From positions 1-42,361 of the forward strand of contig NW_003314478.1 of assembly GCF_000143415.4 (NCBI RefSeq): a stretch of DNA of 42,361 nt. Reading direction: 5' to 3'. The translations under genes were made by a program, and so were the position numbers. Source of the DNA: Selaginella moellendorffii (lineage: Eukaryota; Plantae; Lycopodiophyta). Below the pieces are notes generated by a model. That model was not told the DNA's origin. It did no database searches and saw nothing but the letters and a program-made list of their open reading frames with translations. Each line of letters starts with the position of its first letter. Position 1 is the first letter of the stretch. Below, one piece after another: positions 8,740 through 20,355 of the stretch.

Positions 8740-10992
8740 TGCAACGTGTATGTACATTTCTCCAAGTCCCTTAGGGACTGATACAAAAAGCAAGAATCCC
8801 TTAGTGCTGTTCACTCAACTACGCTGTCCTGCAATTCTCCACCTAATAGTGATCGCTGCCCTCCAATCGTGGCTGCAGTGGTCGTCGCCTCCGCAGTGCA
8901 TCCAGTGCCAGATCGCCACGTCGAGCCTCCTTTGTTACCGTGTCCGAAGGTCTCCATTTCCACTTGACCTCCCCCTCGTGTTCAGTACCGTAGCACAGAG
9001 TCCATAGTCGTCGCCAAGCTGTGAGTGCCTCCCTGTTTTTCCCATGCTCCTGGAGCAGCGTATCCCTCAAGCGGATAGCAGCTAGTGTGAGCCTCCACCA
9101 GTTCGCCATGATCGCTGAAATCCGAGCGCACTGCCCTTCAAAGTGGTTGTGGTTCCGAGCCTCCCAGAGTGCCTGTACCCCGGAAGCCCGCCATACCTCC
9201 CATCTCACCCGTCCAAGGGCCTCCCACACTGTAGTCCCAACTTCGGCGCCTACCGCGTCCCATCTAACTCGGGTGCCCCATCCTGAGCGTCCCCAACACC
9301 CGATCTTCCGCCAAGCTGCTCCTGTGCTTGGTCTCCTTGCCTCTAGAAACCATTGGGTGACATCCCCTTCTCGAATTTCGAACTCCTGCTTGTCCCCTAG
9401 TTCCCTCGTCGCTTTTGCTACCTGCCGCCACGTCTCCTTGGCCACGTCACAATCCCAGAGGAGGTGTGTGACTGTCTCCAGTTCCCTGCATTCCAGACAC
9501 TTGCGAGCATTCTCCGCTTGAAATCGCTGGCCTACTAGCAGCCCATTCGTCGCCACGAGCCAAGAGGTTACCTTTGATTTTTCCTGGATCGGTAGTTTCC
9601 AGAACGCCACGGTATTGTCAATCACCTGGTCCGCCTCCACTCCTAGCGCGATCCACTTTTGCCACAGTCGTGGGATTTCTTCTCTCTCAAATTCCCTGTT
9701 CACCATCAAACCGTTCCGCGCATCCTTGACCTCGTAAGTGAAGAAGCTGTTCGCCCCGCGTCTCCACGCTGCTGGGTCCCAGTCCAGGTCTTCTATTAAC
9801 TCTTTCCTCCACCATATTAGCCGTCCCTCTCCTTCTAGCCAGCATGGTGACTCTACCACTTCTGTCCGAGTTGCTGTCTGTCTTAGAACCCGGATTCGTC
9901 CTTTCACTTCATCGTCCGTGACCTGCGGCATCTGTTGGGGATTCCCCACCTCGAGGAGTGTGTCGCCTCTCACTACACGAAAAGGCCTACCGAGGTTCTG
10001 GTCTGGGTCTGTCACAAACCACACCTCAATCTCCCCCTCATTCCACGCTGGGGTTGGCATCGTGAATGCCCGAGTCCATTTCCCAAGTGGTACTTGCTCG
10101 CCGTCCGACGTTTCCTCCCTTTGAATTGCCACAAAGTCCCCAGCGTGTAGTCTTCTTGCTGGCCATTTATCCACTGTCCGTGCCTCTATCACAGCCCGCA
10201 GTAGCTTCAGTAGATCCCACTTCACGTCCCGCCACTTCCCTGGCCCGAAAACTTGGAAGCGCCGGGACGATTTCTGTGGATCCGGATCTACCACTCCAAC
10301 TAGTTGTTTGACTGTCCTGAAGCCTCCTTGGTGTACCCGCCTCCATATGGTGTAGTGGTTCTCTCGACCTAGTGTCCTGTCTCCTGCCTTGAACAACTCA
10401 TTGAAAAATAGCGGCTGGTTCAGCCAGTCCTCTGCCCTGTTTGGGATGACCTGCGTCACTGGAAATGACTTCCAGAGCCGATGGAGACCCTGGACCAACT
10501 GGCCTCCCCCTACCACCTGTGTTTGGCCCTCCGCAAACATCCAGCGGGGGTCCTCATCCCACACTCTTGCGAATCCGTGCTTCGGCCTAATGGCTAGCAT
10601 GCTCTGCCTGAACAAGAGCTTCCAAACTTGGGCCCCCGGTTGAAGGCCCATTAATATGACTTTGTACCTCAGCGCCTTGCTCATGTCACTTGGGTCGATT
10701 ATCCCCAAGCCGCCTAGAACTCGTGGTCTCGCCGTCGACTGCCATGCCACCTTGGCCATCGTCCGGCCACTGACCAGCGCTCCCTTCCACACATACATGC
10801 GCACCATGGACCTTATGTGCTTGAGTGTTGTCTCTAGAACCGGCCATACTGAGAGGTGGTACCACGTACTCGGCAACACAATGCTTTTCGCCACCACCAC
10901 CCTTGCCGGCAGTCCCAGTTTCCGTGGCGCCCATTTCTGAATCGCAGTTCTGGTCCTCCGCAGCAGCGCTGAGTCCTGTGTAGAAGCTTTGA
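8740..10992 (-). mobile_element. 5'-truncated non-LTR retrotransposon (L1/Tx1-like LINE)
   Basis: 15-bp TSD ACAGCCAAGGATTGA at 8725-8739 and 10993-11007; empty site at ~32952 in unit B; single open frame. Confidence 0.92.
8843..10990 (-). CDS. C-terminal part of LINE ORF2 (post-RT region plus CCHC zf-RVT finger); RT and endonuclease lost
   Basis: KWAPRKLGLPARVVVAKSIVLP, KVAW...PRVLGGLGIID, CLECRELETVTHLLWDC, ALWEARN; frame is open up to the truncation point. Confidence 0.88.
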   Translation of the reverse strand, partial: KASTQDSALLRRTRTAIQKWAPRKLGLPARVVVAKSIVLPSTWYHLSVWPVLETTLKHIRSMVRMYVWKGALVSGRTMAKVAWQSTARPRVLGGLGIIDPSDMSKALRYKVILMGLQPGAQVWKLLFRQSMLAIRPKHGFARVWDEDPRWMFAEGQTQVVGGGQLVQGLHRLWKSFPVTQVIPNRAEDWLNQPLFFNELFKAGDRTLGRENHYTIWRRVHQGGFRTVKQLVGVVDPDPQKSSRRFQVFGPGKWRDVKWDLLKLLRAVIEARTVDKWPARRLHAGDFVAIQREETSDGEQVPLGKWTRAFTMPTPAWNEGEIEVWFVTDPDQNLGRPFRVVRGDTLLEVGNPQQMPQVTDDEVKGRIRVLRQTATRTEVVESPCWLEGEGRLIWWRKELIEDLDWDPAAWRRGANSFFTYEVKDARNGLMVNREFEREEIPRLWQKWIALGVEADQVIDNTVAFWKLPIQEKSKVTSWLVATNGLLVGQRFQAENARKCLECRELETVTHLLWDCDVAKETWRQVAKATRELGDKQEFEIREGDVTQWFLEARRPSTGAAWRKIGCWGRSGWGTRVRWDAVGAEVGTTVWEALGRVRWEVWRASGVQALWEARNHNHFEGQCARISAIMANWWRLTLAAIRLRDTLLQEHGKNREALTAWRRLWTLCYGTEHEGEVKWKWRPSDTVTKEARRGDLALDALRRRRPLQPRLEGSDHY

Positions 10993-11219
10993 ACAGCCAA
11001 GGATTGAGCTGGCCACGATCTTAGCACTGTTTTGGAACTAGTAAGTAGAATCTCGTAGAATCTATTCAGCAATTCTATGTACTTCAGGTACTATAGTGAT
11101 TCAAGTAAAATCCAAAAAAAAAGGGAAACATCTACAATACAACGTTTTGAGCGCTCTTCTCTTGTCTTCTCTCGAGTAAAAGCTTTGATTCTTCTAGCTC
11201 TCTCTTGCCTCCTGTTTTC

Positions 11220-12712
11220 TTACGATTCGCGTCGGGTTCTCCTTTGACAGGCGCCCTCGCCTTCCTTCTCAATCTCGTTGCCTGTCGCGTCGTCCTCCGC
11301 CTTGTCCTTGGAATCGTCCGGGCTGGAGATGTCTTCCTTCTTGGACTTCTCTACAGTCACCTGAACCATGAGAATCCAAAACTAGCGCAACTCTATTGCT
11401 AATTGTACCTTCGTCTTGTTGGGGGGCGATTTCTTGCCACCAAAAAGAATCTTAAACAGCGTGACCACCAAGATGAGCGGGATCAAAGCTATGGTGCTCA
11501 AAGAAATGGTTGGGAACTTCTCGGCCTTCTCCAGAAGATCCTGTGTGTCACAAACGAAAAGAAAGTAAGAATACGAGACAAAGTCCATGCTCATGTGTTT
11601 TACTTACAAGAATCTTTTCCTTCTGTGACGCCAAAGCCGGGATGTCGGCAACCTTGCGCAGGTACTCAAACATCTTTGCCTGAAAAGATTCAAGGTCGTC
11701 ACACACACACACAAGAAAGAAAACAAAAGACAGACAAAAGAAGACAAAGGAAAAGTACCTGGATGCCGTCAGGACTCGGAGTCGCTTCTTCAATTTTTTG
11801 CTTCTCCCTCTCAGCCTCGTACTTGGGCTTCCATTTCGTCTCCCTGTACTCTGCTGCCACAGCCTCGTCGGTCGCCACCAGGATGTTGTCAAAAAGAATG
11901 CCGTCCTGCATCGTCCAGATCTCGATCCCTATCGCCGAGATCGGCTCTAGATCCGGCCTGTCCAACTCGAAGTACTCCGGGTTCGGTATTTGCTTCGGAG
12001 CCCAGATCCCCTTGTAAGCCGGGTTGTCGATCACTTCGGAGGATACCACTTCCCCTTGTAGTCCGGGTTCCTCTTCATGGGCCTCTTCCATTCTCCACAC
12101 CCAGACGCTTCCTCACACTTTGGGTTGCTGATCTTCGGGGGCTCCCACTCGCCATCCTCTTCGTCGTCCCAGTTCGCGGGCTTGCTAGCTTCCGGATCGT
12201 CAACCTCGTCCGGCTCGTTGTCCAGCCAGTCATCGGGCTTGACCGCCTCCGCGTCCTCGATCTCCAGTGGAGCGTCCTCGTCCCAATTCTCGGGCTTGGT
12301 CGCTTCCGGATCGGGGATCTTCGCCCGCTCGTCCCAGTCCTGGGGCTTCTTGTCGTCGGGATCGGAGATGGTCTTGGGCGGGATCACGGCCGGCTCGAAG
12401 TCGCTCGAGAGGAGGTCGACGCTCTTCTCCTCCTTGCCGTCGACGAGGATCTTGAGCGTGTTGTTCGGGTAGATCACTGCCGTGTAGACGTGAGAGAGCT
12501 TGTCAGCCACTGGCGGTACTTGAGGTGATGCTCGATGTGCTTGTCGGATTTGGGGCCCTTGTGCTTGTAGATGAATTGCACCTTGTTGGTGTTTCCACAT
12601 TTGTCTGGCCCAAACATGATTGAGTAGGGGGATTCATTACTGAAATTGCTGGGCGTCCATTGCAAGAGAAGGAACTTGAGATAGGCGATGCCACACTCTA
12701 ATCCCTTCTGGA
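11220..12712 (-). pseudogene. CNX: Calnexin pseudogene, unit A (5' part missing, frameshifts)
   Basis: FQKGLECGIAYLK, PYSIMFGPDKCG, P-domain repeats KPEDWD/GEWEPPKI, IGIEIWTMQDGILFDNIL, TM segment, RRTRRES* end; three short GT-AG introns; frameshifts near 12518 and 12045. Confidence 0.9.
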
Positions 12713-13260
12713 ATTATAAAGATTGGGTTTAAACCTTAGTCAAACACAGAATAAGGGAGTTAAATTATGCTTTAAGTTAGTCATCCATGTTTAGCTTACC
12801 CAGTATCTTTATTATATTTTTGGAATTCATCAAAAACTAAAAAACTCAAAAGTAGTTTTATGGTGAAAAACCTTAAGAGAATATTAGATTTTGTCAGATT
12901 ATAACATTGGTATTGGAGCCTAATTTAATTCTCATGGCTGACAAATATGGAAGGAAAACCAAGGTTATGGTGACTAGAGGATAACTTAAATATGATTGTA
13001 GATGATCATTCCTAAAGGATTGTTAAGCACCAAATTAAGGTAATAGAATAGAAAAAAGGCTTGTAAACAAAACCCTCCTTTGTAAAAAAAATACATGCTT
13101 TAAGATTTTACTTTAGTCCCAAAAATTAATTTTTAAAACAATCACAAAAGCTTACTAAATATAAAATGACACTAGATTGCAAATTTAAATGCAAGAATGA
13201 CAAAGTGTATATTTGACAAAATGATATGTTAAAGTTTAGTACTGTGGAGTCCACTATTGT

Positions 13261-13940
13261 ATGTCTACACAGGATCAAGAGATATGGACTTTGACACGAC
13301 GATTTTTTGATAAAATGCCATACCAACAGCTAGTTTCTTGGAACACCATGCTTGATGCTTATGCCCAACACGGGTATATGGTAGAAGCAAGGGTCATGTT
13401 CAATTCAATGGTGGAGAAGGACGTAATTTCTTGGACTAGAATGCTTGCTGCCTATGGCCTTAGTGGCCAGAGTTCACTTGCAAGAAAAACTTTTGCCCAG
13501 ATGCCAGGGAAGAATGAAGTTTCTTGGGATGCAATGCTCAGTGCATGTACCCAAGCAGGGGATTCGGTTTCTGTGTTTAAGATGTTTCACACTATGCAGA
13601 TGGCCGGCATTTACAACCAAGTTGGATTTGTCTCCGCCCTCAATGCTCACGGCCAAGTTGGCAGTGTTAAATGTGCTAGAAGTTGCTTTGTTTCGATGGC
13701 TTTTGACTGTGGCATTCAGCCTGCATAATCGATGGCTTGGCAAGAGCTGGTTACATTGACAATGCAAGAGAACTCATCGGAAACATGACATTTGTTCCCA
13801 CTTCTTTGAATTGGCTGTGCCTTTTAGCTGCATGTCAGAGCCTCGAGTGTGGAACCTGCATATCAAAATGGGTGTCTGGACTTGCGAGCAGCAGAGCTAT
13901 GTATCCTCTCCTGGCAAATGTATGGGCTTGGCATTGTTAG
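13261..13940 (+). pseudogene. Short PLS/E PPR gene, unit A, frameshifted
   Basis: PPR motifs; 19-nt deletion (CATGTCACCAGCATTACTC) at ~13720 relative to open copy 34984..35679. Confidence 0.85.
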
Positions 13941-16900
13941 AATCTAAGGGGAAAAAAACTGCTGCCTAGATTATGTTGTCAAATTGCTCAAGAATTTAAG
14001 ACTAGAAGTACCAATTGCGTTTCATGCTTGATAATTTCAAATATTGACAAAATGGGAAAAAAACTAAAAATCATTTGTCTATATAACACCCAACATTCCC
14101 AGGATCTGAGGGTGGACCTCCTGGACCAAAGAGGCTCTGAGAGATCGCGAGCAACTTCAATCAGACAGATACCTTGCAATACCTAGCGATTGAGGTGTGT
14201 GGAAAGTGCAGCAGGCGAAAATTGTGTTTGATGATCCGCCTGAGGGAATGTGTTTGATTCTATGTGAATGTTCTCAAAACTCTTCATGGAAAACTAGAAA
14301 ACGATCAATGTTTGATGCCTGACGACGATACTTGCTGCCATGATAGGTACTAACAAAGCAAATATTCCTTTGTGCCATGATGCTCACATGAAGCTCTTCA
14401 GAGCGATGGAGATGGAATGCGATGCCCTTGTCATGGCAGCGTGGGGCTGCTTTCTTCTGCAATCGACACTCCAGCCGACTCGATCCATCGCCTTGGACTC
14501 CTCCAAATCGTGCGGTCCTTCGGTATCTGACCTAGTCTCGCTGCACCAAACGACGATTAAGTCAATGCAAGTGCTATGTCCATATCACCCATGTTTTGTA
14601 TTACAGATTGGGCTTTACAGGAATCTTAGACAAGCACTCTTGATTCCTCTGACAACAGCACGCAATGTAGCTCCGACCTCTCAAACTCCTTGTCCATAGG
14701 ATAGTGGTGTGAGGTTCAGGGCCTTGGGCCACTGAACGAAGTATTAATGCTAAACTCCCAAGCATGGAGCTAAGGAGTGATGGAACCGGACTATGGAGCA
14801 ACTCTTGGGCATACAGCCTAAAGAGTGAAGGGACAGGAACCAAGAGTAATTTGGAACAATCCTAGAGTATCTAACATCCCAATGCTAGGACTAATATGCA
14901 AAACGGAGTTAAATGGAGTCTGGCACTATTTCGGCATACCAATGGCCTAATGCAAGGACATGGGTACTTTACCAGCTAGCATGGAATGGAAGTTGGGCTT
15001 ATACCCAAGCTAGACGCAGAACAAGGACAAGCATGCAAGTGAGAGCTAAACTATGCCGCAGGTTAGTCGGCCATGCTCTACCTACCCACTATCCCTACTA
15101 TACATTTGAAACCCCTCACAGCCGGAGCAAAGAAACCAAACCCATCGGTAAGGTTTAGATAGATTATTGTAAACAGGCAAATAGAGTTGTTTACACAGTC
15201 ATGCTCGATAGAGAGGCGAGTTATGTGACTAGTCGACAATAACTACCCCATGACTAAAGATTTCACCATGCACACGAAGTGCCGAAGCCAATCTGCCGAT
15301 ACTGGCCCAAATTCAAAGATCAATAGATGGACCATATCAAAGTCAGAGACAATGATATCTTAGAGACTTAAGTATCAGTGATTAAATCTTAGATTAAAAC
15401 ATAAAAGTATTCCAAGTAAGTTATCATCCGATAAACCAGTATTATAGTATAGAAACCACCAAGATCATCATGATTGGAAAACATAAGATTCACTATCCAA
15501 CAAAATTCAATAGTTAATGTATCATCAAGAAACCTCAATGATAAAACTTAACGATCAAATACTGTAGATAGAATGCCAAATAACTTATAAAAGATAACTC
15601 AAAGAACACAAAGTAACATTGATTGGTAAGCAAAATGCTCGTGAATGTATCAATCAAAGGAGAGAAATATCATAACTAACTCGAGCAACAATCAATAGAA
15701 TAAAATGAATGTTGCAGAACCAACAAATATTGTTTATGTCAACTATCACACTAGCCAATGCAAATAAATCCCAGGCAACAACACCAAGGAACTTAAGTTG
15801 CCTAAAGCAGTGTCAGTAACATCCTATTGATATCTCAACCCAAGAGATCATTCCAGAGCAAACCACAAGGAACTGTGGATATTGGGAAAAGCTATAAGCC
15901 ATCAAGGAGAATAACTAACCATCACGAAAGATCATCAATCATTCTATAATAAAGAGAGATGTATAATCATTGTCGAAGAAAGAATCTACCATCCCGAAGA
16001 ATAACAAATCATTCTTGATCAACAATAATCAAGCAAAACCTTTTGACAAAGATAATTCTTAGATGATAATCAATTATCACCAATGATTGCTAGATGCAAA
16101 AGCCAACTTCAGCATTGAAGCTAATGAGCCAAAAATGTTTTCCCTAATAACTTATAACAAATGGAACAATGAGCATAAAAACTCAAAGAACCAAAAGTTT
16201 GAAGAAGTCTATAGCCAAGTCTTGCCTAAAATGATCACAAGTCTTACATGAACTCATTTCAATACCAAAGAAGAAATCATGGCATAACCCACAATATCCC
16301 CCTCAACACATCCATAAGTTAAACTTCAAAATGTAAAGCTAATGAAAAGCATAATTGCATCAATCCAAAAGTCAAGCACAATGAAGCTATGCTCAACAAG
16401 TGATCACTAAACGATCCTTCATGAATTCATTTATAGCAAGACGTAACTCACTTCATAACAAGCATAAGAAAAATCATCAATGATCAATATATTTTAACTC
16501 AAATCTAACAAAGATTCAAACATTCCAATATCAATCATTAACTCTTCATCTCGTAAAGCTAGCATAGTTCACGACTAAATCACTTTTCAAGGAAAAGTCA
16601 AAGCTCAACCCCTACTAAATAATCTCGTCTAGAACACAACTAACTCAAACTTGCCACTCAATTTATTTGAATATCAACATAGTTGCTAACTAGCAAATGC
16701 ACAAATGCCAATAATATAAAGCCATAGCCAAATCATCAACACTATTTTCATCGAGACTAATGAAATTCAACATCAATCTTTCGGAGAGATATTTTATTTC
16801 ACTCAAATCTCAACATTAACAATGTCAATGATAAGGCATTACTTCAATGTCATCAACACCATAACAAAGCTAGAAGAAAGCACGAGTGAAAACACTTCCT

Positions 16901-19206
16901 CAAGGAGTAAATCACCACATCCAAGACTCAATGAAATCTAACACCACAGACTAGACATAACCAAATGATATCAACAGAGATAGAGTCAATATGCTAACAT
17001 GGAAAACCCATGTAAGTCTAACGACACGATTCTTCGCAACACCATTCAGTAAAGCAAGTCCATCACCGCTAAATCATTATCGAGCAAAGCAAGTATCAAA
17101 AGTCCTCAATGAAGTCTACAAGCAATTATTAGTCGCTAAGCAACTAACAATCACTCTTTCAACTTGCCTTCAAAGGACCCAACACTAAACTCATATCATC
17201 AAGTATGAGATAAAGGACAAACATAAACTAAATGACCCCTCGAATCCAACTTAGCTGTAATAAGCTCATTATCACATTTACCCAATAGCTCTAAGCATGC
17301 CTTGAAGAAGCTAGCTACACATGATCAACACTTAGTCGAAACAAAAATGAAGATTATAAGATGGACTCATATTGGTACATAACCTCCACTTAGACAAGCT
17401 ATAGTACAGGTACTAATATCTTAAACTCAAACAACTAAGTTGGACATTACTATCCTTAGCTAAGGTGCAGGACCATCAAGATCAAGTCAAGATCAGTGAG
17501 AGCTCACTACTTTTATAGAGTTTAACGAAATGCAAGGTGCAACCTGCTACTAAACATAATGCTACAGAAAAAAGGCACAAGGGTCACCCTTCTTCGAAAA
17601 GTGTAATAGCCACTTTTCTACACCAACTCCAGACTTTATCCAACTTAATTGCCTTAGCTTTAAAAGTTAACATCCTTTTTAGGCCGCATCATAAAAACTA
17701 CATACTAAGGTCTAAGGTAACTAAAGTCAACTCCAACCCTTTCACTAGTTTGTGTTGACTTACGAAAATGGAATGGTTTTCAAGCAAAGTGATCAATAAA
17801 TCAGCCATTGGAAAAGTCTAAGAAAATTTGTGGAAATTTTCTATCCTAGAGAAAGAATGATTTTCAGTCTAGAAGTGCAAACTTTCAAGACTCAATCAAC
17901 TTCTTCCTACTAACAAGTTCACATAGGTTCCCCTTAACATAAATTTTCAAGACCCAACAGCATGCTAAACAGTGAATATCTTGCCCATATTTCAAACATC
18001 CAACACCGACATCCACAAAATGCAAAATGAACATCCAAGACTTGATCACGAAGACTATATCTTCAGATATCTACATTGCATTAACACTCTTCTTTAATCA
18101 TTTTCAAGATCTAATGTAAAGTCAAAACACTAACAAAAAAAATGACATGGAAAATCAAGCTCTAAGGAAAATTCCTCATCACTCGAAATAACAATGCCAC
18201 TTCTACTAACACAAGTGCTAGTGATGTCAATGCCTCAAGTACATATCTTCATCCAACAATCTACTCCAAGTGCTAACGGATAAACTAACAAGCCATAGAA
18301 AGTGAATGCTATAACCCTTTCCAACATTTTATGGGCAACCTCTCACGGAAACAAGGAACTAACTTAAGCTTAGCATAATGGACCACTATCGAGAACCCAG
18401 TCAAAGTTACTAAAATGCTACTTCATGCAAGTAGACTAGCTTCACCATCAACCACTTTAGGGTTGATCATCATTTAACTAAGCAACTTCGTAAACACATT
18501 GATCATAATTATATGGATATGATAGAAATATCACAATGACTTGATCATCAATTGAGCAACACTTCTCTCATAAACTTTCTTAGATTGGACTGAAGGCAGT
18601 GTGAACGAAAGCCTAAGGTTTAGTCAAAGATGAGACCAAAAAGAGAGTTGTCAGGAACGAAGGATCAAACACGTAAATCATTTTCTCTTCTTGGAGAAAT
18701 GATTCGCAACGAGGTGCTAACTCATTTTGCTCATGTTCACATCATGCAATCAAGAGTCCCTACCTTGATGCATGTTGGAAATGATAGTCTTGTAAATGGT
18801 GAGTCATGGGATGGATAACAGTGAAGTGCTAAACCATTTTGTCTAAGCTTGCTATTAAAAGACTTAGGTTACAATACTCAATTCTTTTCCGGGGAACCTT
18901 GCTATTGCTCCTGGAGTAGCTTGGTGTTGGATTAGTTTTGAGTTTGGTTGGATAGAGAGCGACATGAGTTTGTCTGTTTTGTGAACAAAAAGTTAGTGGT
19001 GTTTAGTGTTATAAGTCTCTATTGGTGGAGTGTGGCATTTATATTGCACTTTGTCAAATCAAGTTTACATTTGATACTCACATAAACCTTTGAAGTAATG
19101 ATAATGGCATTGCTTGTACGGCAATGACTACTTGAACCAATAGATTAATCTTTATAGTCTTTAATTGATCCACTTATAATCATGCCTTGAAAGGATCCAC
19201 TAGTGC

Positions 19207-20355
19207 TGTTGCGAATATGACTTCGGGTATCGAAAGTTACCTGTCAGCTAGTCTTTACGGACACTCTTTCCTTACTGCTACGATGGCAGAAGGTCGGTAT
19301 TACTGGTTCCCTTTATTAGCCCCTCTTGTTCAAGTGTTAGTAAGCTGGGTTTAGCACATGTACTTAGCCAGATGGACATAAGGTAGGAACTCCTATGTAT
19401 TTTTAGCTGAGCATACTCAGCCTGGCTCTTAGTTCTCTTTTGCTCTGTTTTGCATTAGCTTGACAAGAACCCTTGCGTATTGAAATTAGTCCCTTAATAT
19501 CACTGGATGATAATTTACCGTGTTTGCCAAACACCCTCGCTATCATGCCCTTTGTGTTAGTCTCATTTCGGTCCCAAATGCTATTTATGGAAAGTGTCCA
19601 GATTTGCTTATTTGGCATATCTACGGAATGTAGAGATTGTCCTGAACACAATGGTGTTCGTCCTGTGTCCAAATTCGCAATCTAGCACCATTCCATATTT
19701 AGTAAATTTCGAGCTTGTCCTAGAGACTAACTCCTGATACTAAGTGAAGCTTGGGGTGAAAGCCCAAAACATGTGTTCCTCAAGGGGGTGGGGGGGGGGG
19801 GGGGCTGTGGGGTGTTCCAAATATATAGTAGGGATAATGGGTATGTCAGGCATGGCTAACCAACCTGAGGCATAGTCTAGCTCCCGCTTGCGTGCCTATC
19901 TTTGTTCTGTGTCCAACTTGGGTCTAAATCCAAGTTCCATTCTATGTTAGCTGGTGGAGTACCCATGTCCTTGTGTTAAGCCACTGGTATGCCAAAATAG
20001 CGCCAGACTTTGTTTGGCTCCATTTTGCGTGTTGGTCCTGGCATTGGGTTGCTGGTTGCTCCATGACTGTTCCAGGTCGCTCCAGGCTTCTGTCCCTGTG
20101 CTCCTTGGGCTGTATGCTTGGGAGTTGCTCCGTGGTCCGGTTCCATCACTCCTTGGCTCCACACTTGGGAGTTTGGCATTGTTCCCTTGTTCAATAGCCC
20201 AAGGCCTTGAACCTCGGGTTCTGCACCACTATCCTTTGGACACGTGGCATGTGACATGTGGCATCTATCACGTGGCATAAAGAGGGTTTATGTTCCGCTT
20301 TGTGGTGTTATCCTATGGTAAATCACCATAAGAGGTAAAAACCACATACGCTACA
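19207..20355 (+). repeat. Element Y 5' LTR (1149 bp)
   Basis: Homologous to 26076-27046 and to the revcomp of 27656-28824; poly-G tract ~19783-19804. Confidence 0.9.

Noticed and set aside
14100-14660. Possible additional gene between the short PPR and the Lnt-like 3' end (ORF 14340..14699 and its unit B counterpart)
   Set aside because: Frames are not preserved between the A and B copies and no motif is recognisable.
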